Source: an uncultured Eubacteriales bacterium (lineage in GTDB: Bacteria > Bacillota > Clostridia > Oscillospirales > Acutalibacteraceae). Taken from it: DNA of 64,000 nucleotides. The translations under genes were made by a program, and so were the position numbers. Below the pieces are notes generated by a model. That model worked only from the letters and a program-made list of their open reading frames with translations. It made no database searches and was not told where the DNA came from. The DNA lies in NCBI GenBank assembly GCA_964623515.1, contig CAZURV010000009.1:909-64908 (forward strand), in the 5' to 3' direction. Position 1 is the stretch's first letter, and each line of letters begins with the position of its first letter. Below are positions 56,338 to 63,964 of the stretch, in pieces.

Positions 56338-56991
56338 ATGAAAAAGACAAATAACAACATCACGGAATTGGTGTTTATCCTTGATCGTTCAGGCTCTATG
56401 GGCGGACTTGAGAGCGACACAATCGGAGGCTTTAATTCACTTATTGAAAAACAGAAAAAGCAGGACGGCAAGTGTTATGTTTCAACTGTGCTTTTTGACA
56501 ATTACAGCGACGTTATTCACGACAGAGTTGAACTTGAAAGCATTAATCCTATGACCGACAAGGATTATTATGTGCGTGGTTGCACGGCACTGATTGACGC
56601 TGTCGGCGGAGCAATTCACCACATTGGTAATATTCACAAATACGCAAGAAATGAGGATGTGCCGGAGCATACAATGTTTGTGATTATGACAGACGGTTAT
56701 GAAAATGCAAGCCATATCTACACAAGAGATAAAGTTAAAGCAATGATTGAGCGTCAAAAGAAAAAGTATGGCTGGGAATTTCTTTTTATTGGTGCAAATA
56801 TTGATGCGGTTGAAACAGCAAGCCGCTTGGGCATCGGTGAGGACAGGGCGGTGAATTATCATGCCGATAGTCAGGGAACGGGTGTTGTTTATGATACTGT
56901 TGCTGAAACAGTTTGCTGTATGCGTGCCTGTTCTCAGATTTCAGATGATTGGAGCAATAAGATAAACGAAGATTACAAAAACAGGAAATAA
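56338..56991 (+). CDS. von Willebrand factor type A (vWA) domain protein
   Basis: MIDAS motif LDRSGSMGG followed by T..D; 217 aa. Confidence 0.85.
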   Translation: MKKTNNNITELVFILDRSGSMGGLESDTIGGFNSLIEKQKKQDGKCYVSTVLFDNYSDVIHDRVELESINPMTDKDYYVRGCTALIDAVGGAIHHIGNIHKYARNEDVPEHTMFVIMTDGYENASHIYTRDKVKAMIERQKKKYGWEFLFIGANIDAVETASRLGIGEDRAVNYHADSQGTGVVYDTVAETVCCMRACSQISDDWSNKINEDYKNRK

Positions 56992-57144
56992 ACAGACAAT
57001 AAACAGACAAGACTTTCGGTTTATCCGGAGGTCTTGTCTGTTTAAAAAGCAGAGCGCGCAAGCTTCTGATTTTCGAATAACAAATAAAAGGTACATAAAT
57101 ATTTATATTTATAAATATATAAAAATGTTTAATTTTATATTTAC

Positions 57145-57170
57145 AATTTATATATTTAAATATATAAATT
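57145..57170. repeat. 26-bp perfect palindrome inside a ~200-bp, ~90% A+T tract
   Basis: AATTTATATATTTAAATATATAAATT equals its own reverse complement. The flanking 57085-57290 contains further palindromes (ATAAATATTTAT, TATATTTATAAATATA). Confidence 0.9.
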
Positions 57171-57234
57171 TTAATAATTTGAAATAATTGTGGAAATAAA
57201 GTAAAAATTTAATAATAAATTTTAAAAAAATAGA

Positions 57235-57276
57235 TTGACATATTTATAATTTTAGATATATAATATTAGTAATATT
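57235..57276 (+). promoter_or_regulatory. arsR-family gene promoter with a candidate operator
   Basis: TTGACA (57235-57240), 18-nt spacer, TATAAT (57259-57264). The inverted repeat AATATTA-G-TAATATT (57262-57276) overlaps the -10/+1 region. Confidence 0.55.
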
Positions 57277-57292
57277 TAATTATGAGGAAGAT

Positions 57293-57595
57293 ATGAACAG
57301 AAATTCGAAAAAATTGTCTGCATCTCAAAACCGAAGCTGTGTTTCGGGCGCAAGGGTTTTTAAAGCGCTTGGTGACGAGAACAGATTAAGAATTGCCGCA
57401 ATGCTTGCAACAGGGGAAACAAATGCGTGCGATTTGATGGATGAACTGAATATATCGCAGCCAACGTTATCTCATCATTTAAAAATTCTGACTGATGAGG
57501 GTGTAACAAGGTGCGAAAAAGACGGGAAATGGCGTATATACAGCCTTACGGATTTGGGTAAAGCAGCGGTTGAGTTTCTTTTTAATATGACGTGA
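57293..57595 (+). CDS. ArsR/SmtB-family metalloregulator-type transcriptional repressor
   Basis: 100 aa with FKALGDENRLRIAAML..ACDLMDELNISQPTLSHHLKILTDEGV, a typical winged HTH. Confidence 0.9.
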   Translation: MNRNSKKLSASQNRSCVSGARVFKALGDENRLRIAAMLATGETNACDLMDELNISQPTLSHHLKILTDEGVTRCEKDGKWRIYSLTDLGKAAVEFLFNMT

Positions 57596-57602
57596 GAAAA
57601 GT

Positions 57603-57716
57603 ATGAATAAAAAATATATCAGTGAAAAAACTTTGAAAAATAACAATCTCCTTGTTTTACTGCTTGTAGCCATAACGGTTTTTATAAACTGGGTTTGCAA
57701 TTTTGGGGAATTTTAG
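57603..57716 (+). CDS. Possible 37-aa membrane peptide, or an N-terminal remnant of a lost ArsR-regulated membrane gene
   Basis: ATG 8 nt after the arsR stop, with a weak SD, gives MNKKYISEKTLKNNNLLVLLLVAITVFINWVCNFGEF with one TM helix. Its 3' part lies inside repeat R1. Confidence 0.25.
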   Translation: MNKKYISEKTLKNNNLLVLLLVAITVFINWVCNFGEF

Positions 57717-57826
57717 CGGGCGCAATTCGGGTTCAAGCCAAATAGGGAGAAAAACCTGATAATGTGCCTTTTGGTGATATACAGTGCTAAAAATACTTGT
57801 CAAGCGTCAGTTGAATTGCGTTTTTG
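57674..57826. repeat. Noncoding repeat R1 (paralog of 62112-62249)
   Basis: Shares the identical 20-mer AAGCCAAATAGGGAGAAAAA (57735-57754) and the block TAAAAAT..TTGTCAAG with R2. On the minus strand it reads TTGACA-16 nt-TATATC. Confidence 0.7.
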
Positions 57827-58061
57827 CCTTATCTGTCATCAAAAATTCATGCATTTTAGGTGCAGGGCTGTTTTGTAAAGCAGAACTTTTTATCTCCATA
57901 CGGCTAAACCCTTCTCCGATAAAGCAGTAAATGTTTTGATTTTGCATATTTTCCGGCGTAAAATATATTACGCCGGAACGGTATGCATTTTTCTGATTAA
58001 CGGCTATGAACAGTTTAAATGAAACATGGCGGTTGATCCGCCGGAAACGAAGGTGAAAAAT

Positions 58062-58253
58062 ATGCCGAAAAAAAAGAAAATCACAAACTGCGAAGCTTGT
58101 GATAATTACGAGTATGATTATGATATGGACTGCTGGGTTTGCAGTATGGAGCTTGATGAAGATGAAATGTATCATTTTTTAAGCAACGATTTCAGTCATT
58201 GTCCTTATTTTCAGATGAAAGACGAATATCGGATTGTGAGGAAACAAAACTGA
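58062..58253 (+). CDS. Small acidic CxxC..CxxC zinc-ribbon protein (63 aa)
   Basis: ATG at 58062 after AAGGTG gives MPKKKKITNCEACDNYEYDYDMDCWVCSMELDEDE..HCPYF. Its stop overlaps the start of the radical SAM gene (TGATG). Confidence 0.6.
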   Translation: MPKKKKITNCEACDNYEYDYDMDCWVCSMELDEDEMYHFLSNDFSHCPYFQMKDEYRIVRKQN

Positions 58254-59107
58254 TGGTATGTTCAATATGTCCGAGAGAATGCGGGAATAGAATTAACGGC
58301 TTCTGCGGAGTCGGCAAGGATATTATTGTTTCTCGCATAGCGCCGCATGATTGGGAAGAACCTGTTATAAGCGGAAAAAACGGATCGGGCGCTGTGTTCT
58401 TTGCGGGCTGCAGTATGCGGTGCGTGTTTTGTCAGAATATTGAAATATCGCAAGGGCTCAAGGGAGAGAAAATTTCTTTTGATGAGCTTTGCAGACGGTG
58501 TGCAAAACTTGCTGCAAGCGGCGTGCATAATATCAATTTTGTAACGCCGAGTCACTATGTGCCCGTTGTTCGTTCCGTAATTGAAAGCTGTAGCTTTACA
58601 CTGCCCGTTATTTATAACAGCGGTGGCTGGGATAAAGTGCAGTCGCTGAAAACGCTTGCCGGTATGGTGGATATATATCTTCCCGATTTTAAATATGCCG
58701 ATGATTCGCTCGCACAGATTTACAGTGGAGTAAACGGTTATTTTCAAACTGCGGTTTCAGCCGTTGACGAAATGTACCGTCAGGTTGGAGACGTGGCATT
58801 TGATAATTACGGAATGATGACAAAAGGTCTGCTTGTCCGTCATCTCGTTCTACCGAATCATCTTGAAAATACGTATCGCGTTCTCGATTGGTTCTCAGAT
58901 TTCAGCCGCGGAAGAAAAATACTGTTTTCCCTTATGAGCCAGTATACGCCGCATGGCTGTTTAAAGGCTTTTCCAAAACTGCAGAGGGAACTCACTGCTG
59001 ATGAATATTACAAAGTTTCTTCTTATATGGGACTGCTTGGCATAAAGGGTTTTGTCCAGGAGGAAGGGAGCGCAGATGAAAAATATATTCCATCGTTCTT
59101 GCGTTGA
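58253..59107 (+). CDS. Radical SAM protein, PflX-like (COG1313-type, PFL-activase homolog)
   Basis: CSMRCVFCQN (CxxxCxxC) and an N-terminal Cys cluster CSICPRECGNRINGFCG; 284 aa. Confidence 0.8.
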   Translation: MVCSICPRECGNRINGFCGVGKDIIVSRIAPHDWEEPVISGKNGSGAVFFAGCSMRCVFCQNIEISQGLKGEKISFDELCRRCAKLAASGVHNINFVTPSHYVPVVRSVIESCSFTLPVIYNSGGWDKVQSLKTLAGMVDIYLPDFKYADDSLAQIYSGVNGYFQTAVSAVDEMYRQVGDVAFDNYGMMTKGLLVRHLVLPNHLENTYRVLDWFSDFSRGRKILFSLMSQYTPHGCLKAFPKLQRELTADEYYKVSSYMGLLGIKGFVQEEGSADEKYIPSFLR

Positions 59108-59233
59108 CGGGAGTCGAAATCAAACAGGCTTAAACATAGAGTGAAACGCGAATCGGCAAAACAGTGCGGCGCAACCGTTGGAATATTGCAAACAACATCA
59201 TCGGTGATTACAAACCGATGAGATGATGTTGTT

Positions 59234-59446
59234 TTATTTATATTTTTTTGGATTTGAGGTGAGTCCCAGAATATAATCTGTGCTGGTGTCAAAATAATCG
59301 GCTAAATCGCAAAGTGTTTGCAAAGGTATATCTCTTTGTGCGTTTTCATATCTGGAGTAGCAAACTTGCGAACAGTTCAGATACAGTGCAAGTTCCTTTT
59401 GTTTGATATCTCTGTCTTCACGCATTTCTTTTAAGCGCAGTTTCAT
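59234..59446 (-). CDS. XRE-family HTH transcriptional regulator (70 aa)
   Basis: The ATG at 59446 gives MKLRLKEMREDRDIKQKELALYLNCSQVCYSRYENAQRDIPLQTLCDLADYF, a classic Cro/CI-type HTH. Confidence 0.88.
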   Translation of the reverse strand: MKLRLKEMREDRDIKQKELALYLNCSQVCYSRYENAQRDIPLQTLCDLADYFDTSTDYILGLTSNPKKYK

Positions 59447-59472
59447 AAACATCACCGCTTTTATTATATGAA

Positions 59473-59517
59473 ATACCATAATGGTATATTGACTTATATA
59501 CCAAAATGGTATATAAT
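59473..59517 (+). promoter_or_regulatory. DUF4234 gene promoter bracketed by two 15-bp palindromic operators
   Basis: O1 is ATACCATAATGGTAT (59473-59487) and O2 is ATACCAAAATGGTAT (59498-59512). The -35 is TTGACT (59489-59494) and the -10 is TATAAT (59512-59517), 17 nt apart. Confidence 0.75.
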
Positions 59518-59554
59518 GCTTATAATATGTTCCAAGCAAAGGAGGAGGATTTTT

Positions 59555-60001
59555 ATGGAACAGGTTAACATTCAGAATCAGCAGTTTCCTGCAGGAAACG
59601 CCAGGCAGCTTAAGGATAGCAGATCACTTGTAAAATATATACTGCTTTCCCTGATAACACTGGGCATATATTCTTTAGTATGTTTCGGCAATATGTCCAG
59701 CGAGATTAACCTTACTGCCAGCAGATACGACGGTAAAAAGACGATGAACTATTATCTTCTATTTTTCCTCGTCGGACCGATAACACTTGAAATCGGAACG
59801 ATAGTATGGACACATAAGTTTTGTTCGCGTCTCGGAGCAGAAGCGGCTCGCCGCGGTACGGGAGTAAAATTCGGCGCGGCGTATTTTTGGCTTTGGGATA
59901 TTCTCGGAAGTCTTATAATCGTAGGACCTTTTATTTATAAATATAAACTGTTTAAGGCGATGAATGCAGTAAACGCAGATTTCAATGCAAAAGGAATTTG
60001 A
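59555..60001 (+). CDS. DUF4234-like membrane protein
   Basis: ATG at 59555 after AAGGAGGAGG. Contains TM segments, with SLVKYILLSLITLGIYSLV and WLWDILGSLIIVGPFIY typical of DUF4234. Confidence 0.7.
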   Translation: MEQVNIQNQQFPAGNARQLKDSRSLVKYILLSLITLGIYSLVCFGNMSSEINLTASRYDGKKTMNYYLLFFLVGPITLEIGTIVWTHKFCSRLGAEAARRGTGVKFGAAYFWLWDILGSLIIVGPFIYKYKLFKAMNAVNADFNAKGI

Positions 60002-60100
60002 AAAAAATTATGGAATGAATAAAATCAGCCTCATATAAAAAGCGAAACGATATTCATCTATGCACGCTGAAAGTGTTCCGAGTATTGCGCCTTTGATTAA

Positions 60101-60130
60101 AACGAACAAAAAAGCAGAACGGTACTCCGT
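60101..60130. terminator. Bidirectional terminator
   Basis: AAAAGCAGAACGG/CCGTTCTGCTTTT, a perfect 13-bp stem including the A/T runs, with loop TACT. Confidence 0.85.
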
Positions 60131-60179
60131 TCTGCTTTTAATGATTTAATTTTTTAATAAAGCCGATTTAAATCAGTAT

Positions 60180-61118
60180 TTATTCCGCTGCGCCGGTTGA
60201 CCCGAAAACAACATCAATTTTATGAGCAACAACTTCTTCAATAAGATCACGTGCGGGAGTGAGATACTGACGCGGATCAAAATGCGTGGGATTGTCTTTA
60301 AGATGTTTGCGTATAGCGGCAGTCATGGCAATGCGGATATCGGAATCAACATTGATTTTACAAACTGCCATGGAAGACGCTTTGCGGAGCATTTCTTCGG
60401 GGATACCAATAGCGTCCGGCATTTTTCCGCCATATTCATTGATAAGTTTAATATGATCCTGGTTGACAGATGAAGCGCCATGAAGAACGATTGGAAATCC
60501 GGGCAGTCTTTTTGAAACTTCTTCAAGAATATCAAATCTGAGCTGCGGTTTCTGTCCGGGTTTGAACTTATAAGCGCCGTGACTGGTTCCGATTGCAATT
60601 GCCAGCGAATCAACTCCTGTGCGTTTCACAAAATCTTCAACTTCTTCGGGGCGTGTGTAAGACGCATTGTCGCTGTCAACCGAAACTTCGTCTTCTACAC
60701 CTGCAAGTGTTCCGAGTTCTCCTTCAACAACAACGCCGTGTGCATGCGCATAATCCACAACCTTTTTGGTCAGCGCAATGTTTTCTTCATATGGAAGAGA
60801 AGATCCGTCAATCATAACGGAAGTGAAGCCGCCATCGATGCAGGATTTGCAGGTTTCGAAATCAGGACCGTGGTCAAGATGAAGCGCGATAGGTATTCCG
60901 GTTTCTTCCACAGCGGCTTTAACCATTGCCGTAAGATAACCATGCGAAGCATATTTTCTCGCGCTTGATGAGCATTGAAGAATAACAGGGGCATTTAATT
61001 TTTTTGCAGCTCTTGTTATGGCTTGAACAATTTCCATATTATTTACGTTAAAGGCGCCGATTGCATAACCGCCTTTGTATGCTTTTTCAAACATTTCTTT
61101 TGTTGTAACAAGTGGCAT
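60180..61118 (-). CDS. fba: Class II fructose-1,6-bisphosphate aldolase
   Basis: N-terminus MPLVTTKEMFEKAYKGGYAIGAFNVNNME, LHLDHG and the GTSHGAYK motif. Confidence 0.95.
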   Translation of the reverse strand: MPLVTTKEMFEKAYKGGYAIGAFNVNNMEIVQAITRAAKKLNAPVILQCSSSARKYASHGYLTAMVKAAVEETGIPIALHLDHGPDFETCKSCIDGGFTSVMIDGSSLPYEENIALTKKVVDYAHAHGVVVEGELGTLAGVEDEVSVDSDNASYTRPEEVEDFVKRTGVDSLAIAIGTSHGAYKFKPGQKPQLRFDILEEVSKRLPGFPIVLHGASSVNQDHIKLINEYGGKMPDAIGIPEEMLRKASSMAVCKINVDSDIRIAMTAAIRKHLKDNPTHFDPRQYLTPARDLIEEVVAHKIDVVFGSTGAAE

Positions 61119-61193
61119 TGATAATAGTCTCCTTTTTTTTAATTAAGCAAGTTTATTATATCCTATAAGCGGACGAAATACAAGTCTGCTTTG

Positions 61194-62027
61194 TTATATT
61201 TTTTCAGCAATTTCAGGATGCTTTCTTATGTACTGAAAAAGATACTGCTGGGCAATGCCTTTAAACGGTTCAATCTGTGCAGGAAGTCCGTTCGGATAAA
61301 GCGTCATAACTCTTTTAACCCATACGTCTATCGGAAAGGCGTCCGTACGTCCGTAAGCAAACAGCAGAACGCACTGGGCAACTTTGCACCCCACGCCTTT
61401 AATGTTTAAAAGTTCCTGCTGAGCTTCATCGGTACTCAAACTGAAAAGTTTTTCTAAGTCAACCGTTTTTGACGCGGTTTTCCGGGCGGCGTCTAAAATA
61501 TATTGATTCCTAAAACCGGCGCGTATCGGTGCTAGGTCCTCGCAGGAAAGACCCGCAAGTCTTTCAGCAGTCGGAAACGTATAATCATCTTCGGCTTTTT
61601 CTCCGAAATTTTCACACAGCCTTTTGATTATTCCCTTTATTCGCGGAATATTGTTGTTTTGACTGATTATAAAAGAACAGAGCGTTTCCCATGGCTCCTG
61701 TTTTAAAATGCGTATGCCGTAGTTTTCATCCCGCGATTTTTTCAGGAGCTCATCGCTTTCAAAAGTGGTCAGTAGAGTATCATAATCGCGTCCAAAATCA
61801 AAATAATCAAACCACAGCGATTCAAAATCGGATTGATTTGCACCGTTCATTTCTATCGTATCTTCATTTTGGCGAATCCGCAGATATTTTCCGTATGCAA
61901 CGCCGCACCATTCGCCAGAATCGTTTTTGTCAAAACGAAAAGCCTGACCACAGTTAAAAATTAAGTCAATATTTGTGCATTTCGTAGCTTTTATAATTGT
62001 TTTATCATTTTCATATGTAATATCCAT
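61194..62027 (-). CDS. ogg: 8-oxoguanine DNA glycosylase/AP lyase (Ogg, HhH-GPD family)
   Basis: N-terminal OGG_N-like FNCGQAFRF and the HhH-GPD motif IKGVGCKVAQCVLLFAYGRTDAFPIDVWVKR. Confidence 0.85.
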   Translation of the reverse strand: MDITYENDKTIIKATKCTNIDLIFNCGQAFRFDKNDSGEWCGVAYGKYLRIRQNEDTIEMNGANQSDFESLWFDYFDFGRDYDTLLTTFESDELLKKSRDENYGIRILKQEPWETLCSFIISQNNNIPRIKGIIKRLCENFGEKAEDDYTFPTAERLAGLSCEDLAPIRAGFRNQYILDAARKTASKTVDLEKLFSLSTDEAQQELLNIKGVGCKVAQCVLLFAYGRTDAFPIDVWVKRVMTLYPNGLPAQIEPFKGIAQQYLFQYIRKHPEIAEKI

Positions 62028-62111
62028 TCAAAACACCTGATAGAATTCAAAAGAGAGCTTGTTCCGTTATTCAATGCGGAAAAGGGACGTGTCAGAGGTC
62101 TGAACAATCAG

Positions 62112-62249
62112 AACGGCTGTTTTTGTTTGCGTTATATTTTATTTTCAGCGTTGGGTTAAGCCAAATAGGGAGAAAAAACGAATAATGATTGTTAGTTGTA
62201 ATATTTCGTTAAAAATGTTTGTCAAGAGGATGCTTGACTTCGCATTTTG
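62112..62249. repeat. Noncoding repeat R2 (paralog of 57674-57826), containing the likely ogg promoter on the minus strand
   Basis: Contains the identical 20-mer AAGCCAAATAGGGAGAAAAA (62158-62177). The minus strand reads TTGACA (62220-62225), 16-nt spacer, TATTAC (62198-62203), about 170 nt upstream of the ogg ATG. Confidence 0.7.
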
Positions 62250-62474
62250 TCTATAAGAGCAATTTATTCCTATCCGAGTTAAAACTTTTTTCAACATATT
62301 TTGCATTGTTGAATATGTTAATAAATCTGTGGAACAGCCTTTTATACATAGTTTCACGAAAAAGTTATTAACATTTTTAACAACGTTTTCCACATTCACA
62401 GATTGATTAACAAAGAATAAAGATGTTGAAATTCAATAATAATAATTATGAATTTAAATTTTTGGAGGATATGT

Positions 62475-62735
62475 ATGATCAAGGGCGTAAACAGACAAGT
62501 GGTGGAAGTCAGCCAGCCGAACAGTCAGTATTTTGAAAGGATTTTATATATAGTTAAGCCTGAATTTTCGGATTTAAATCAGTCAAAGCTTATGAATGAG
62601 GCAAACAAATTGAATCAAAGCGGAGAGAAACCGCCGAAGTTCAAAACGAAAAAATCCCATTCATTGCTCTTTGCCGCCATTGCGGTTTTAGCGGTAGCGG
62701 CAATCATTATAACCTTTACGGTTTTGGCAAAATAA
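62475..62735 (+). CDS. Hypothetical tail-anchored small membrane protein (86 aa)
   Basis: ATG at 62475 after GGAGG gives MIKGVNRQVVEVSQPNSQYFERILYIVKP... It has a C-terminal TM helix LLFAAIAVLAVAAIIITFTVL. Confidence 0.6.
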   Translation: MIKGVNRQVVEVSQPNSQYFERILYIVKPEFSDLNQSKLMNEANKLNQSGEKPPKFKTKKSHSLLFAAIAVLAVAAIIITFTVLAK

Positions 62736-62795
62736 AAAAGGAATACGCAAACCCGCCGATACATAACAGCGTCGGCGGGTTTTTATATATCGTTT

Positions 62796-63764
62796 TTATT
62801 CTGTTGTCTGTTGTGCTTCACTGAAATACATATGAATATCCGATATGCATTGATTCGAATAAGTAAATACTGCCGTTTCCGAAGCTGAATCATAAACACC
62901 CTGTGCCTCGATGATTTTATCTTTTATATCTGCCGACGCAGCGTACAGAATGGCATCAACATTTGCTATATAGTCATCCGTCGTTATATTTGTGGAATTG
63001 AAATAATCAGAGATTTTTGCAAACACTTCTGCATTTCCGGTTATATTTGAAGGGATAAACAATTGATTAATTGCCGCCGCAATAAGCTGGCACTGACGTG
63101 TATATATTTTTGTGCCGCCGCCTTTCCATTCTGGATAGCGGATAAGCTTTGCAAAAGAATCGCCGTTTAAATTTGTTTTCCCGGCAGGAAGGCTTATGCT
63201 GAAATCTATGGTTGAATACGAAACGTCTTCCGGAACGTCAAATGTAACAGAGTCTCCGTATTCTGCTATGATTCCACGCAGTCCCCTTTGAGAAAAGCTG
63301 ATATAACGGTCAATCTCAATATCAAACAGCGATTCGGCGGAAAGTTCGATTTGAGAAGGTCCGCCTATTTTAAATTGTTCATACAGCGTTTTTCCGGAGT
63401 CATCTTTTGTATAAATCGGAAGCGAGGTTAAATACATATTGTTATTTGTGAAGTCGTATTTTAAAAGAAAAAATCCGTACGGAATAGTGCCTCCGCTTGA
63501 ATTCAGCGTGAGCAGAATATTTGTGCTTCCGCTGATGTCTTTTATTTCTTTTTTTGTTGTGTTTGCTTCATTTGATGATGTTTGGGACGTGCTTTCTCCC
63601 AAAAACATATTGCCGATGCTTCCGTATTTTGAAACCACAAATATGTACGTTACCGCCATTGCCGTTAAAATCAGTGCGATTAAAGCAATCAGTATATTTC
63701 TTGTGAATGTATTGAATCCACGGTTGGGATCGTTGAAAGTATTTCTTGTGCGTCTTTTTTTCAT
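62796..63764 (-). CDS. LytR-CpsA-Psr (LCP)-like membrane-anchored protein, divergent
   Basis: ATG at 63764 (MKKRRTRNTF), an N-terminal TM anchor, and an extracellular domain with LCP-like blocks (NILLTLNSSG.., IDRYISFSQRGLRGIIAEYGDSV). Confidence 0.55.
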   Translation of the reverse strand: MKKRRTRNTFNDPNRGFNTFTRNILIALIALILTAMAVTYIFVVSKYGSIGNMFLGESTSQTSSNEANTTKKEIKDISGSTNILLTLNSSGGTIPYGFFLLKYDFTNNNMYLTSLPIYTKDDSGKTLYEQFKIGGPSQIELSAESLFDIEIDRYISFSQRGLRGIIAEYGDSVTFDVPEDVSYSTIDFSISLPAGKTNLNGDSFAKLIRYPEWKGGGTKIYTRQCQLIAAAINQLFIPSNITGNAEVFAKISDYFNSTNITTDDYIANVDAILYAASADIKDKIIEAQGVYDSASETAVFTYSNQCISDIHMYFSEAQQTTE

Positions 63765-63964
63765 TCTGCAACACTTTCCGGTAAGGCAGGTTTTATTCTT
63801 TATTTGGTTTAAACCAATTATAAAAAAAAGCAGATTATTTATCAATAAAAAATCAAAGTTGTAACCATATTGTAAAATTTTACAAAAAGGATTGTGTCCG
63901 TTCTTTTATTATGATAAAATCCTAATATATAACGAATTCCTGTTAAATAAAGAGGTATTACAAA

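Noticed and set aside
57752-57871. Small Cys-containing ORFs starting at the ATG inside repeats R1 (57766; 39 codons, MCLLVIYSAKNTCQ..) and R2 (62186; 23 codons), each about 12 nt after an AGGGAG.
   Set aside because: When R1 and R2 are aligned at the nucleotide level, the conserved block TAAAAAT..TTGTCAAG falls in different reading frames in the two copies, and the stops differ. Conservation is therefore at the nucleotide level, not the peptide level. SD spacing is also long.
57807-58175. 122-aa minus-strand ORF overlapping the zinc-ribbon gene.
   Set aside because: Its N-terminal half is antisense to the better-supported 58062..58253 gene, and the non-overlapping part has no SD. The C-terminal ~70 aa could be a remnant of a decayed gene, but I cannot assign it, so it is not annotated.
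62145-62399. 84-aa minus-strand ORF in the ogg/62475 intergenic region.
   Set aside because: It is an AT-rich, low-complexity translation that overlaps repeat R2 and the predicted ogg promoter and leader. It has no SD.
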